DNA from: Glaucostegus cemiculus
Lineage: Eukaryota
Reading direction: 5' to 3'
Assembly (NCBI GenBank): GCA_976551045.1
Contig: CDPCPM010000151.1
Span: 4,588,001-4,652,000, forward strand
Length of the DNA stretch: 64,000 nt
Position numbers and translations under genes: made by a program. The notes beneath the pieces are model-generated. The model had not been told where the DNA came from and did no database searches. It saw only the letters and a list, made by a program, of their open reading frames with translations. Within the stretch, counting starts at the first letter, position 1, and the number at the start of each line of letters is the position of its first letter. Positions 52,440 through 64,000 of this stretch are shown piece by piece.

Positions 52440-53539
52440 GTATTGTTGGAGGATGGATCACATTATTCAAAAAACTGGATAAGTTTAATCACCAAAGTAT
52501 GATTGTAAATTTTGGATTCCTGCCTGATGGGAGTCCATCAAGCAAAGTCCAAAGAATGATAGGAAATTGTTGTTCTCTATTTTACCTAATAATGGCCATT
52601 TCTCCTTTTGCTCTAATATAACTCTGCCAAACATTCGGTAATGTACTTAAATTCCTTTACAGCTGAAGAGGACTCAGAAAACCAGAGAAAACACAACATT
52701 CCAAACAAATAACAAGTTATTTCAGTGGCAATTTAGCATGGCTTGATAATCTAAAATCTGCTTCATATAAAGGGTGACATATTGCCCTGAGCAATGCCAT
52801 CTTTCTAGGCCATTGCCTTGAAAGTCCTTCTCATAAGTTATTAAAGCATAAGTATTGCTATAAAAATTGTTCTGTGGCTATAAATTTTAGCCAATGAGCA
52901 ATAATAATTATCTTCTCTGTAAAGCATTGTACTAATATGTTGATGAAAACTTACAGAAGAAACCAGAGTGCAAAAGAATCCACAGACGCATTTAAGGGTT
53001 GTCATCATTGTTCAAAGTGATATATTATCACTTACCTTGATATGAGCATATCCTGATTATTTTTTTCAAAAAAATCGATGTTTAATTATGCTGATATAAA
53101 GTAACTTGCTTAACCACAGCAATTAGAGACTTGGATCCAGTAGTACGTGGCTATGACTGGGAAGGACTGGGAGCTTAACAGCTCATGAGAACCAAGGCAG
53201 GAGTAGACTATGGTTACAGGGAATATATTGCTTGTATATATTTAAAGTAAGTGCACAGCAGTTTTCAGAGGAAAGTGGCAGCTTGAGGATTGCGTGTGAC
53301 TAATGATGAGATGGGAACAGTGGATGTCCAAATGAGGGGAGATTTATGTGACTTTGTCTGCGGCTAGATGATTTGATTATGGCTATAAATGTAGAGGAGT
53401 GTGAATATCTCTATTTGGAGAAGTGCACCACTGAATCCAAAGGCAGGAATATTAACTAACCTGAATAACTCATGTGTTGATTTATATAGAAACTATATAA
53501 ATATTACTCATCTGTAATATTGCATTACATTCTAGATAC

Positions 53540-54290
53540 CAAACTTAAGAGGATGCCAAGGCCATAGTGAGGGTGTGGAGGAGATTTACCAGAATGACTT
53601 TTGGGATGAGAGAGTTCACTTATGTGAAGAGACTAGAGATATTAGGTTTGTCTACTTAAAATCAGAGAAATAAGATTAAATAGAGGTGTTCAAAATATAG
53701 GGTTTTGATTATTGAGGACAGGTAACAATAATCAAACACAAGACGGCATAGGTTTAAAGTGACAGAAAGGAGTTTTTAAACAGGACCTGAAGGGTAAGAC
53801 ATTTACACAGAGTGGTTGATATCTGGAACATGCTGCCAGAGAAGGTGGGGGAAATTAGATATGTTTAAGAGTGTTCAGACATAGGCATAGATAGATACAG
53901 TCCCAATGTGGGCAAATGGGATTAGTGTAGGCGAGCAAAAAAAAAGTCAGCATAGATGTGGCGCACTGAAAGATTTGTTTCTGTGACTATGACAGTACAA
54001 ACAGTGACTTGCTGTCAGGTGATGGTAACCAGGTAATCTTAACCAGTGAGAGCACTCTAAGAACTTATACACAAGTTGACGTGATTTGGAATGGCTTTGC
54101 CCACGAGTGATAGAAATTAATTTGGTTTTAAATTTCAAAAGGGAGTAGGATAAAACTTAAAGGGGAATATTTTTCAGAGCTATGTTAAATGGTCAGGGGA
54201 ATGAGACCAATTGAATGGCTTTAAAAGCTGGCAGAGACACAATGGGCCAGATGGCCTTCCTCTATGCTGTGAGAGTCTGTGATGTGGGTC
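53540..54290 (+). mobile_element. Two adjacent CR1 3' fragments
   Basis: RVWRRFTRM..; GGCATAGGTTTAAAGTGA; ATCTGGAACATGCTGCCAGAG; second tail ending near 54285. Confidence 0.75.
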
Positions 54291-54706
54291 ATTTTTAACT
54301 CTGATCAGAAGAAAGATTAATATAATCCTTAAGATGCAGAGAAAAGAACCAGTATACAGCTGTGAGATGGGTAGGAGGGGCCAGTAGGTGGCTTTCTTTT
54401 TGATGGGGAGAAATGGTGATGTAGAACTGGACTTATTGCACATTGTTGATGCATGTCCTCCCTCAAAACATGAAGAAAAGTGTTTGAATTCATAGATTTC
54501 CTTTATCAAGCATCCAAAGTTCTGTGCTTTTTAAAAGTTCTCACTACCTGTGGTATCAAAAGAAGTCTACAATCTATTTTGGTAGTATATTCCTATGGGC
54601 AGAGAGAACATGTATCCAAAGGATTAATGGTGTTATAGGCAAAATATATACATTGAAGAATGCCCTGTGTTTAATATCATGATTCTTTTATTTGTGGTCA
54701 ATCTAG

Positions 54707-55419
54707 ACAAGGCTGCACCTAGCTTTCCAGAAAAGCCACCCATTCGCTGTGAAGAGCCACTTCCAGCACAGAATGTGCCAAGCTATACTGACGAACCTGC
54801 TCTGGTAGATATGGATGCTCCAAATCCTGTATGGCCTGAGGCACCCAGCTTTGTACACACTGAAGAGTCAGTGCACATTGAGCAGAGAGGTTTCACAAGT
54901 ACTGAGGAACAAAGCCTTGTAGACATTGGGAAGCCACAAACAAATGACAATTTTCCACAAATGAATGAGAACTTACTAGACCTTTTGGAGGCCAATGGAA
55001 TAGACCAGCTACCATCTGAATCACACAGCGAGATAGCAGAGAAGCCATTGATCTACACCAGTACTGATGAAATGGAATTGATTTTAGACATGAAAAGGCC
55101 ACCGCTGGATGAGACACATGCAGACATTGATGCAAATAGCCAACTACTTGTGAACTTCCAGGAATCAGCAGGGCAATATGCAGAATTAGAGCCCACTGAA
55201 CTAGGGCAACAGCAGCAGCCACACAACAGTGGAGGAAGTGAGGAAGACAACTTGCTGTGTTTTGATAATAATGAAGGGTTACCAGCGCCACCTCCAGACT
55301 GCCTTGATTCACAGCAGTGGGAGAATATTCCAAGCCTCATAGAGCTTGAAGGCACTCAACAGATGAGTGAAGATTTTTGCTTTGGAATGCAGGAATTGCC
55401 CAAACCCCAGGATGCAGAG
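54707..55419 (+). CDS. DBN1: Drebrin exon 13, long acidic/Pro-rich low-complexity region (DKAAPSFPEKPP...LPKPQDAE)
   Basis: atctag|AC...GAG|gtaaga; 713 nt, phase 1-0; open across ORF 54667-55434. Confidence 0.88.
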
Positions 55420-56841
55420 GTAAGATGGGATTAAAAGGACAGTTACAGTTACAGTGTCACTTATTGCTTGAAAGCAGGAAACATTTTTATTTTACTTAAA
55501 GTTACAGCAAGTGTATGGAGTTCAAATTCAGTGTCTTTATTCTGGTTCCATGATATTAATTAGGATGTGCCAGAGTTAGCTTTAGACATGACATAATAGG
55601 ACAGAGCCTCATTCAACAGGAAAACTGGTTGCAAACAGTAGTTCACAGCAGTATAGGACAGATTACATTGAGCAAGTCTTTTCCAAAAATTGAGCCTTGA
55701 GCAATCATCCTCTTTGTTCGGTAAGGATAATATCTGAAATGAATGAAAAAGATTGAATAGGTTTCCACAGGGTGTGAGCCAACCATGTACATCTGTATGA
55801 TTTAGCACTGTACTGACAATCAGATTACAAGTTTAGCTGGTAGAGATATTATATGCACATACTGTATAATTTCTTATTTCCAAATTTCTAATTTGGAAAT
55901 AGACATATTATACAATAGGACATACATTTCTAAAGGTCAGATAAATCGTTGAGGCAGAATAAACTTTGGTGCTGAAAATACCATATCAGACACATGTGGT
56001 CAGTGCTAACACTTGATGTCTTTACAGTGGAAACATTCCATGAAAGCATTGACTTGCATAAATAGAGTTTGAGTAAATTATCTCTTCTGCTTTAAGATTT
56101 TATGTGTTACAACCTAGTTCACTAAGATGTACATTGTCAATTTGGTTGACGGATAAACTTTCTGAACCCTTTTGTTGCATGTATATTCAAAGTGGGACTA
56201 AATTAAAAGTCAAGGTTTTTGATAGTGTAACTAAGCTGTTCCCACTGTCTCTAATCAGAGGATATAAAATTAATTACAAAATTGATGGTGATGGGTATGG
56301 AATGATTTGCTGAGATTTAGAATACCTTGCCTGAAAGATTGCTGGTAGCAACTTTCAAACGGGAATTACACATAGATTTGAGTTTTGGAGATTAATTAGA
56401 ACACCACGAATTAGAACATGATGCATTGGCACACTATTAACAATACTTCAAAGAGCCATTACTGGCATAATGAACCTACAGCCACCTCTTGTGATTCTAT
56501 TCACCAGCCACTGCACCCACTGATTTCAAGTCAAAGGACGGTGGAAGAGTTGGAAGGCAGGTGCTGTATATGCAGAGTCACAACGGAGGGGTGGGTGTAG
56601 GGGGAAGGGGAAAATGTGCAGCTGGGATTAAGTTTCTGTATTTTCTCATTTTTAAATCTAACACAATTGATCTGTTTCTTTTATCAGAGTAAAATGCAAA
56701 TGAAAACCCTGATTGTAAAAGCTTTGCTTCCAAGTTAAATAATCCTGTAAAGCACTTTTTAATCAAAATAATTTTAATACAGTTCAGTGTAATCTCTTGC
56801 ATCCTGTAACTTACATAAATTTTATGGTTTATATTCTATAG

Positions 56842-56926
56842 GCTGTTGAAGATTTTTTTAATCCACCGCAAGATGAATATATTAAATTTCAATCACATGT
56901 AGAGGAAACTGGCAGTAAAATCCCAG
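56842..56926 (+). CDS. DBN1: Drebrin exon 14: AVEDFFNPPQDEYIKFQSHVEETGSKIP
   Basis: ttctatag|GCT...CCAG|gtgaga; 85 nt, phase 0-1; aligns to ASEGYFSQSQEEEF...KPP. Confidence 0.85.
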
Positions 56927-57689
56927 GTGAGAAGCTGGCTTTTTCCCATCAGCACTATTGTTTTGCATGTTTAAGTTCCTAAAAGTACTTTGATTACCAT
57001 TGTACTTAACACATCTTCTCTATCATATAATCATTCCAGTTTCTTTAAGTCCAAGGGGGACTGATTGGGATCTCCAGGGGATTGTCAGCTTCCCTCCTGC
57101 TCTGTCAAAATGATCAAGTTTTTAGGATGACTTGGATAACAAAGATGACAGCTGCCTTATTTTCACTCCAAACCAGATCCATAAACCACCTCCAATTTTG
57201 CCTCCATTATGAAATTCAAAGCCAAGGAATCTTGTCAGAGTTGGAACCAATTACTCAGATACTCCTTCTGTAACTCAGGATCTTTCCTGCCCTACTTCTT
57301 TCCCTGCACTTTCCCCTTTTCTTCTGCCTTCCCCCATCCTCTCCCCAGATACATTTTCTTCATGCGACTTGCCTCCTCTTCCTTTCACCCCATTCCCATT
57401 CAATGTCATGGTGCTGCAAGTGGCTCCGCTTCTTCACTTCTGCCATTATCACACCTCTCCTAAACCTCCTCCCCACACCCCCCCAATAAATCTTGACCTG
57501 CCTTGCTTCTAAGCTCTTTTCTTTTGTTCCAAATCTGAGCCCATTTTTCTCCAATTTTGAATGAATCTCTCCAATAAAATTTTCATACCAGCCAGAGCAC
57601 TGAAACTTCCTTAACAAAAAGCAGTGTGTCCACATTGCATTAACTCCCCCCATCCTACTTGACCTTTGTACTTGTAACCCTTGGCCACC

Positions 57690-57985
57690 AGGATGGATGT
57701 TTTCTCCTGTATCATCTAGAAACTAGGGTCATTGTTTTGAATAGGAGACTGAATATTTTAAACAAAGGGGGAAAGAGATTCCCACATCTAAGGGTGTAAT
57801 GAGTCTTTGGAACACTTCAAAAACAAAAGGATGGAGGAAGTAAAGCCTTGGAATATTTTTAAGTCAGAGGGTGAGTGGGATGTAGAGTTGATGTTCTAAT
57901 CCTATTAGCCATGATCTTATTGAATGACAGAGCAGGCTTGAGGGGCTGAATGGCCTATTCCTCATTTGTATATTCATGTTATGTA
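57690..57985 (+). mobile_element. CR1 3' fragment
   Basis: ACTAGGGTCATTGTTTT...GCAGGCTTGAGGGGCTGAATGGCCTATTCCT tail. Confidence 0.65.
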
Positions 57986-60900
57986 ACCACAACTGTCATC
58001 ACCATTGTCAAGCTCAGTTTAACTGCCCTCATGTGGTTTGACACTTATTCAAGTGATTGTAGCTAAAGTATCTGCAGCAAAAGATTTGCTTCCACCCCAA
58101 CCTCCAGATTCTCTCAAGGATCTATCCTTGACCACCTCTTCCAACTAATATTTCCAGTTGATGCATGATAACAACCTCCATTTCACCACTGCCTCCCTTT
58201 ACTCAACAATTCTCCATGTGTTGTCAGATTGCTTGCTTAACATGTAGCCTTCACTGAATTGTAATATTTTCCCAGTTAATTTTGATGAGGCCAAATCTGC
58301 TATCTTTTGGTCACAAACTCCATAACATTGACATTAATTGTATCCTTCTACCAAGCCATTTTTAGCAGGCTGAGCCAAGCTACTCACAGCCTTAGCATTT
58401 TAGTGACTTTAGGCTGAATTTCTAACCATTTGTCCCTAAAAGTACTATTTATTTCCATCTCTATAACAGCACCTGCTTCTGTTCCTCTGCCTTGTAATCC
58501 ATTGTCACGTCAAGATTCATCTCTTCTACTGCTTTCCCAGTTGTCCTCCTATTCTTCATTCTCAACAACAGCTTGACCTAGACTCTTCAGTCTGTATGTT
58601 ATACAGCACAAGCCCACTCACTCAGTCTGTATTCACTGAATCTAGTTCACAGCTAGTGCCTCAGATTTAATATGCTTTAAAACTTATTTAAACATTTTCA
58701 CTTCCTCACTTCTGTCTCAGTATCCTCATCTATCTCTTCTATTTTTTTCTACACTTGTTTATCCCTGCTCCCTACTAAACCACTACTTTGACATTTGTTC
58801 TTTTGAATGTGGCTTCTTGTTCATCTTCTATCCTGGCTTTCTCAACCCTGAATTTGTTCCCTGAACCAATGCTACCTTCAACCCCATATTTTCGATCAAA
58901 TTGTTTGATCTTGCTGCCTAATATACCTCCTCTGCTTAAAACCTTGTTTTATCCTCAAGTTCCTGAATGTGTTGTTGCCTCCCAAATGCATACCCATCTT
59001 TCTGCAACTCCATGTTTGAAAGCCTCCAATAGAGTTTCTGACCCTACCATGATAATGAAATAACACCCATCAAAGTCATGATAAACCGTGCCTCCCAGCC
59101 CTTCTCAATCTGCCTCCACACTATCTGCCACTACAACACTCTTGCTGCTCTTTGCTACCTGTAGACTTAACTCTACTATCCAGTCTTCAATCTTTCACCC
59201 TCCATAAATGAGCTCATTCAAATGTCTTCTGCCCGATTTCTAAACTGTAGAAAGTCTCATTCGGCCATCATCACCATGCTCACTGATCTACATTGGTTAG
59301 GAGTACAATACTTTGATTCTAAAATTCTTTGGATCCTTCCATAGCTTCATCACTTCCCATCTTTTGGACCATATCAGGACTCCACAACCTTCCAAGATCT
59401 GTACATTTGTCCAATGTGGATTTCTTGGTTTAAAAGCTCCACACATAGTAGCTGTGCTTTCAGCTGCTTTATATTTATCCAAGTATCTGTCAATCAACTA
59501 TTTATCTCAAAGGGATGATGAGAACAAATTCAGTGTAATATAAACAGACATTGTAACCATCTCACAGATGAAACAGTAATATCTCCTTACATGGCCTGAT
59601 GTCAAACTTTGTTTTATGACACCCATGTGAAGGCCCTCAGAGCATTTTATTTCATTAATTATACTGGAAAATCCTAGGTACTTTTCATATTCACTTAGTT
59701 GTTCAGTTTCTCCTTGCATTTTGTTTCAGCAGCCTTGAATTTTGTGTTAAATATAAATTGTGCAGAAGATGCAATCTGAGGGATGGCATTTTTGAGCATC
59801 CCTTAGTCAGGTGTAGCACAGATATGAGCAAGCCTCCCTCTAAATGAATACAAAATCCCACTTCAGGCTTGCACTATTGTGATTAATTTAATTTATCACA
59901 TCAACTTCCCTTTCCATTTAATTCCAGGCTTTCGTGGATCTGGGCTTAGAATGCTTCAGATTCAATCTCCTTTTGTTAGCTTTGGGAGTTCTTAAGAATA
60001 ATTTTAAGTCCATTTTTTCTACATTAAGAAGTTGATTCCTGTTGTCACTTTTAACTGATTTAACTCTAATTTTATAATAATGCCTCCCTCCTTCTGGATT
60101 TGCCTGCCCTGTGCACTCTGATCAATTCAGTCATTTTCTCTCTAAACCACCAACCTCTCATAGGGCAGTCCTTCCTAACATGGTCAAAGCCAAAAACTTA
60201 GTGATCTTTGATCAATACTCCCCATAGTAGGAGACTTCATTACATTAGTATTCTGTATCTTATAATGAATCCTAGCACAATACACATCTTCTTAAATTGT
60301 TTTTTTTTCCCCTCTCCTTAACCACAACTTTTAGTAGTCAGAGTTCAAGAAATACTAAATCCTTTGGGACTGTCTCATGGTCTGTAGTTATTTTAATCTA
60401 GCATACCAAGAGAATGAGGTGACCCAAACAACCGTTAGCAAAGCAGATGTACAGAGGTATATTTGGGGTTTATATTAGCAAAAATCACACACTTCCAGTT
60501 ATTTAAAATTAAAACTAGTTAACTTTCAGTCCCAAAGTGCAACTAAAATCAGAAACTAATAATTTAATAATACTTTGAAAGTGGATGTGTTATCTTACTC
60601 AAATTTATCACAATCACTCCATTGATCCCAAATGTTGGAAAGATGGGCAGTTAATCAGTAGCCAACAAACACATTTTGAAAAGGCACGTGTTAAGTTCTT
60701 AAAGCTAAAATGAGAGTAAATTTCTGCATCGTGTTTCAGTGCAAGACAAATACTTTTTCCGATTAGGCCTTTGGAGTGGTTTTTCTTCATTAAGACTGAA
60801 AAATTCAAGGTCAAAAGTTTATTTTTTGATTCGTAGACACAAGTATTCATTGTACTTGCATTGCTTTAAAGGTTATTTTCAGACAAGAAAAACAGGTTTT

Positions 60901-62723
60901 ACAGAACGGAATGTAATCCAAGCATCTGACAAGTTTGCATCATCTTTATTTGGTAACCTCATCAGATAATGGTTTTAATGACAGAAAGAATAGTTGTCAA
61001 TACAATTTGATTCTCAATACATAAGGAAATCCTTCAACTTGGATATAATGAAAACTGAATTTGACTATGTTGTCACTGTAAAAATCACTCCCATAATGAG
61101 TGATACCAAATTAGAAGCCCAAGAGCAGAACTTTGGATTTCATTTATTGGCTATAAAATTGACATTTAGGAAAAAGCAGCAGTCCACAGTGATGACTACT
61201 GACTAATTGTGGACATGTCCAAGCTTCTTTGCAAGCACAAGGTTACAATACTGGATGAACAATAAGATATTCTAACTTTTTTTTAATTCTCTTGAGATTT
61301 TGGTATCACTGACACAGTCAAAATTTATAGCTACACCCTAAAGGCACTTTGGTGTGTGGTGAAGAGCTATCTTTTTGAACCACTGTAGAGCTTGCAGGGC
61401 AAGTTTTCCCCACAGGGCAACTAGGTTGAAAAGTTCAAGGATTTTGACATGCTGATGGAGAAAAATCAACATTAAATTTCTTGATCAATGAAGTGACTGA
61501 TGATGGTGGTAAATTTTAAAAATAACCCTCACTTTGAAATTAATAATAAGACTTTGAATTTGGTTGCACTTAGACTAAAGGTTGATGCATCTCTTGAATG
61601 GAGCATTTTTGGATATTAAAAAAAACCCTTCATTTTAGAAATTGCAGACAGTGACTTACTTGTTCACTTGCTGCCTTATGTCTTAGGAGATAGAGATTAT
61701 GGATTTAGCAGATAATACACAAATACAGTCACGCTGCACTAGTGATGAAGGGAAATGCATGTGGAGGATTGCATGCCAATCAAATGGGCTACTCCGCCTT
61801 GGACTGTGTTGAGCTTTATCTTTTGTTGGAACTCTATCCTTCCAAGCAGAGAGTATTCTTTTACATACCTATAGATGTGGAACAGCTTTAAGCAAGGGAA
61901 GAGTCATTTACCTTGGCTCCTTCATGTCACTGTTGCCTTGATGGCAGCAGTAGACAATCACTGAAGTTTTTATTTCTTGTGGCCGTGTTTCTAAAAAGGC
62001 TGTAAAGAGAATTAGAGTCACGATCTTGGAAAAAGCCAAGCAGAGCACAAGTGAGTAGGCCTTCCACCATTATTGATCATTGGGAATAGATCAAGCGGTG
62101 GTAATACCAATGGAATGGTGAACAGGGAACATCATCACCTGATGTGCATCCAATGTAAAATTGTGTCAGATGTGCTTGAGTGACTCATGCAAATGAGCAT
62201 CTGTTTAAAAGTTGCTTATTGGTGGAAAACAACTCAAATGGTTGCTATGGTATTTCATTCTGGGGAAAGAGTCCATTTTTAAATTGTATATAGCATAAAT
62301 AAACACTCCCACCTACTTGAATTTCCAGCTAAACCTTAAGCCAGATGGTGGAATTGAAAATTATGGGATGACTTTTGCAAATATGCTCAGCAATTTGTTA
62401 CTGTTGATCTAAGTTGCCTCAGTCTTTATCTGCTCTCCCTTGTTGTAGAACAACTGCTGCCCTCCCTGTTCCTGGATTGAAAACTACTCCTTTCCTCCCC
62501 GCCTTCACTTTGTTTTACTGCCACTATCCCATTGTCCTTCCTTTTCTCCCTTCCACACAGTATGTCTGTTCAGTTTCTATGAGCATTCAGCCAGTCTCGA
62601 GTCTGTGTACATCATATCCGAGACCTAGTGATTATTCCTGACTACAGGGTGTTATAAATAAACTATTTGCATAACTGCAGTGTAACCATGGAAACATCTT
62701 GCTGTTTCTCCCTTTGTTTTCAG

Positions 62724-62788
62724 AAATTGATATTACCTATTGCGACAATGATACCGACACAGACCCGGATCATTCCCCTGCAGACTGA
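62724..62788 (+). CDS. DBN1: Drebrin terminal coding exon: EIDITYCDNDTDTDPDHSPAD*
   Basis: gttttcag|AA ATT GAT ATT ACC...TGA at 62786-62788; drebrin C-terminal EIDIT motif. Confidence 0.92.
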
Positions 62789-63077
62789 GCTCATCCTGTG
62801 ATGCTCTCAAGTATGACAATTATGCTTCAAGTAAATGAAAATGACAAAAACTGCTAAGTTTTAATTTTAGTCTGTGTTTACTATTTTTAATTGTAATAAT
62901 TTGAATGTATTATTTTCTAAATTAACCTTATTGTATATTAATTCCACTCACAGCTGCTAGGTATAGTCTGCTGAAGCTGATATTATGTGACTAGCAGTGT
63001 TAACTATCACCAATTGCTTTTCAAGTACCATTTTCAAAAGCACAAATTTTGTGAAATGCTAATCGCTGTTGTATGAA

Positions 63078-63083
63078 AATAAA
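63078..63083 (+). terminator. Candidate polyadenylation signal AATAAA in 3' UTR
   Basis: First AATAAA I found after the stop, about 290 nt downstream and following an AU-rich tract; usage unproven. Confidence 0.4.
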
Positions 63084-64000
63084 CAGTTTCTGAAAATCCA
63101 GTTTTTCAAACCATACCTCATTTGTACAGACCACACGATCTGACCTTGTAGTTCTTTTCCTGTTCCATTTCTTCCCCTCTTGCATCTTGTTTTCCCACAG
63201 CTCACCATGCCCAACGAGTATTTTCACTTGACCTTGTTTCCAGTTAAACACTTGTAACTCACAAAGAAAGCATCTTCAGAGTGCTTTAATGTTAGTTCTA
63301 TGCCTTAACTCAGCTTATTCTCAAGCAATGGCAGAATAGAGTAAATAAGAACTTATTTCCAGTGTTAGGAAGGTTGGGGAGCAAGAAAAGTTAGCATGTT
63401 TTTCAATGCATTACCATAATATGAAGGTACTAGCTGTGGAGGAAGAGGATTTGTTAGTGCATTTAAAAAGGGAATTGGATACATTTGACAGAAGATTATC
63501 TGCACGGCAATGAGAACAAAGCTAACATTTCTCCTAGAGCCAGCTCAACCTAACCCTAGCAAGAATACATTATATTCTGTGTCTTGGATTTTAACTTCTC
63601 CAGCACCATTTATTTAACAAAGTAAAGCAGTAATAACATACTTCACTAATTGTTAGTTTCATTAGATCTTTGAAGAGAAACTAGTCACACAATACAAAGT
63701 ACTCAGTACCTTTTTTAATTCTTAGAAAAATACTTTAAATGTAGGTAGTAAATAAGTAGATAAAATTGCACAATTGGATAGAGATTACTCATTGCTTCTG
63801 AAATTTGGTTCCAGTGCATGCAACCAGAGTTAAATGTGTATACACCAATATAATTGCTCATTTGGTTCTTCTAACAGAGGAAAAATTTCCATCCTTATAC
63901 CCAATTTTGACAGAGTCACTTGCTGTTTGTTTTGTGCAAGTCTAATAACCAAGTTCCAGTTCTCGCTCTTACCCTTTATTAGCACGTCTTCAGCTAATGG

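Larger units (their letters stand above)
9921..62788 (+). other. DBN1: Drebrin-family gene (DBN1 or DBN1 paralog), 14 coding exons in window; first coding exon upstream
   Basis: Exons join in frame (2011 nt) with AG acceptors and GT/GC donors. The translation follows vertebrate drebrin: ADF-H (WALYTYED...LPKYVLINWVGEDV...CASHV), SSPVL, GTTYQKT, coiled coil, EAAALIA..NPREFFKQ, C-terminal EIDIT. No SH3, so not DBNL. Confidence 0.93.

Noticed and set aside
54783-55355. Antisense ORFs overlapping exon 13
   Set aside because: Shadow frames of the coding exon with no recognisable motif.
56927-64000. SH3 exon that would make the gene DBNL
   Set aside because: No ALYDY or GWW..G.FP.NYV coding segment seen; the gene ends with drebrin-type EIDIT and a stop.

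Overview
AT-rich vertebrate genomic DNA. The repeat mix (CR1/HER1-type LINEs, V-SINE/HE1-type SINEs, Penelope-like fragments, RTE and L2 relics) points to a cartilaginous fish; this is inference. One + strand gene spans the window: a drebrin (DBN1-family) gene. I can trace 14 coding exons (9921-62788) with consistent splice phases, about 670 aa from the ADF-H Trp to the stop. The first coding exon lies upstream of the window. The protein has ADF-H, coiled-coil and EIDIT C-terminal drebrin hallmarks and no SH3 domain, but it is divergent: several DBNL-like residues, no PPxxF Homer motifs and no SQ at the ATM site. It may be a second drebrin paralog. It keeps a symmetric exon homologous to the drebrin A insert and uses one GC-AG intron. 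Intronic curiosities: a Gypsy-type solo LTR nested in a CR1, a 133-bp direct duplication bracketing a 4.3-kb CR1-ended segment, Penelope relics with decayed minimal hammerhead ribozymes and foldbacks, and a degenerate array of fused acceptor/donor motifs. Most ORFs in the supplied track are spurious or retroelement debris. I found no prokaryotic-type system, CRISPR array, rRNA or true tRNA gene. Reference protein and repeat sequences are quoted from memory and need confirming by alignment.
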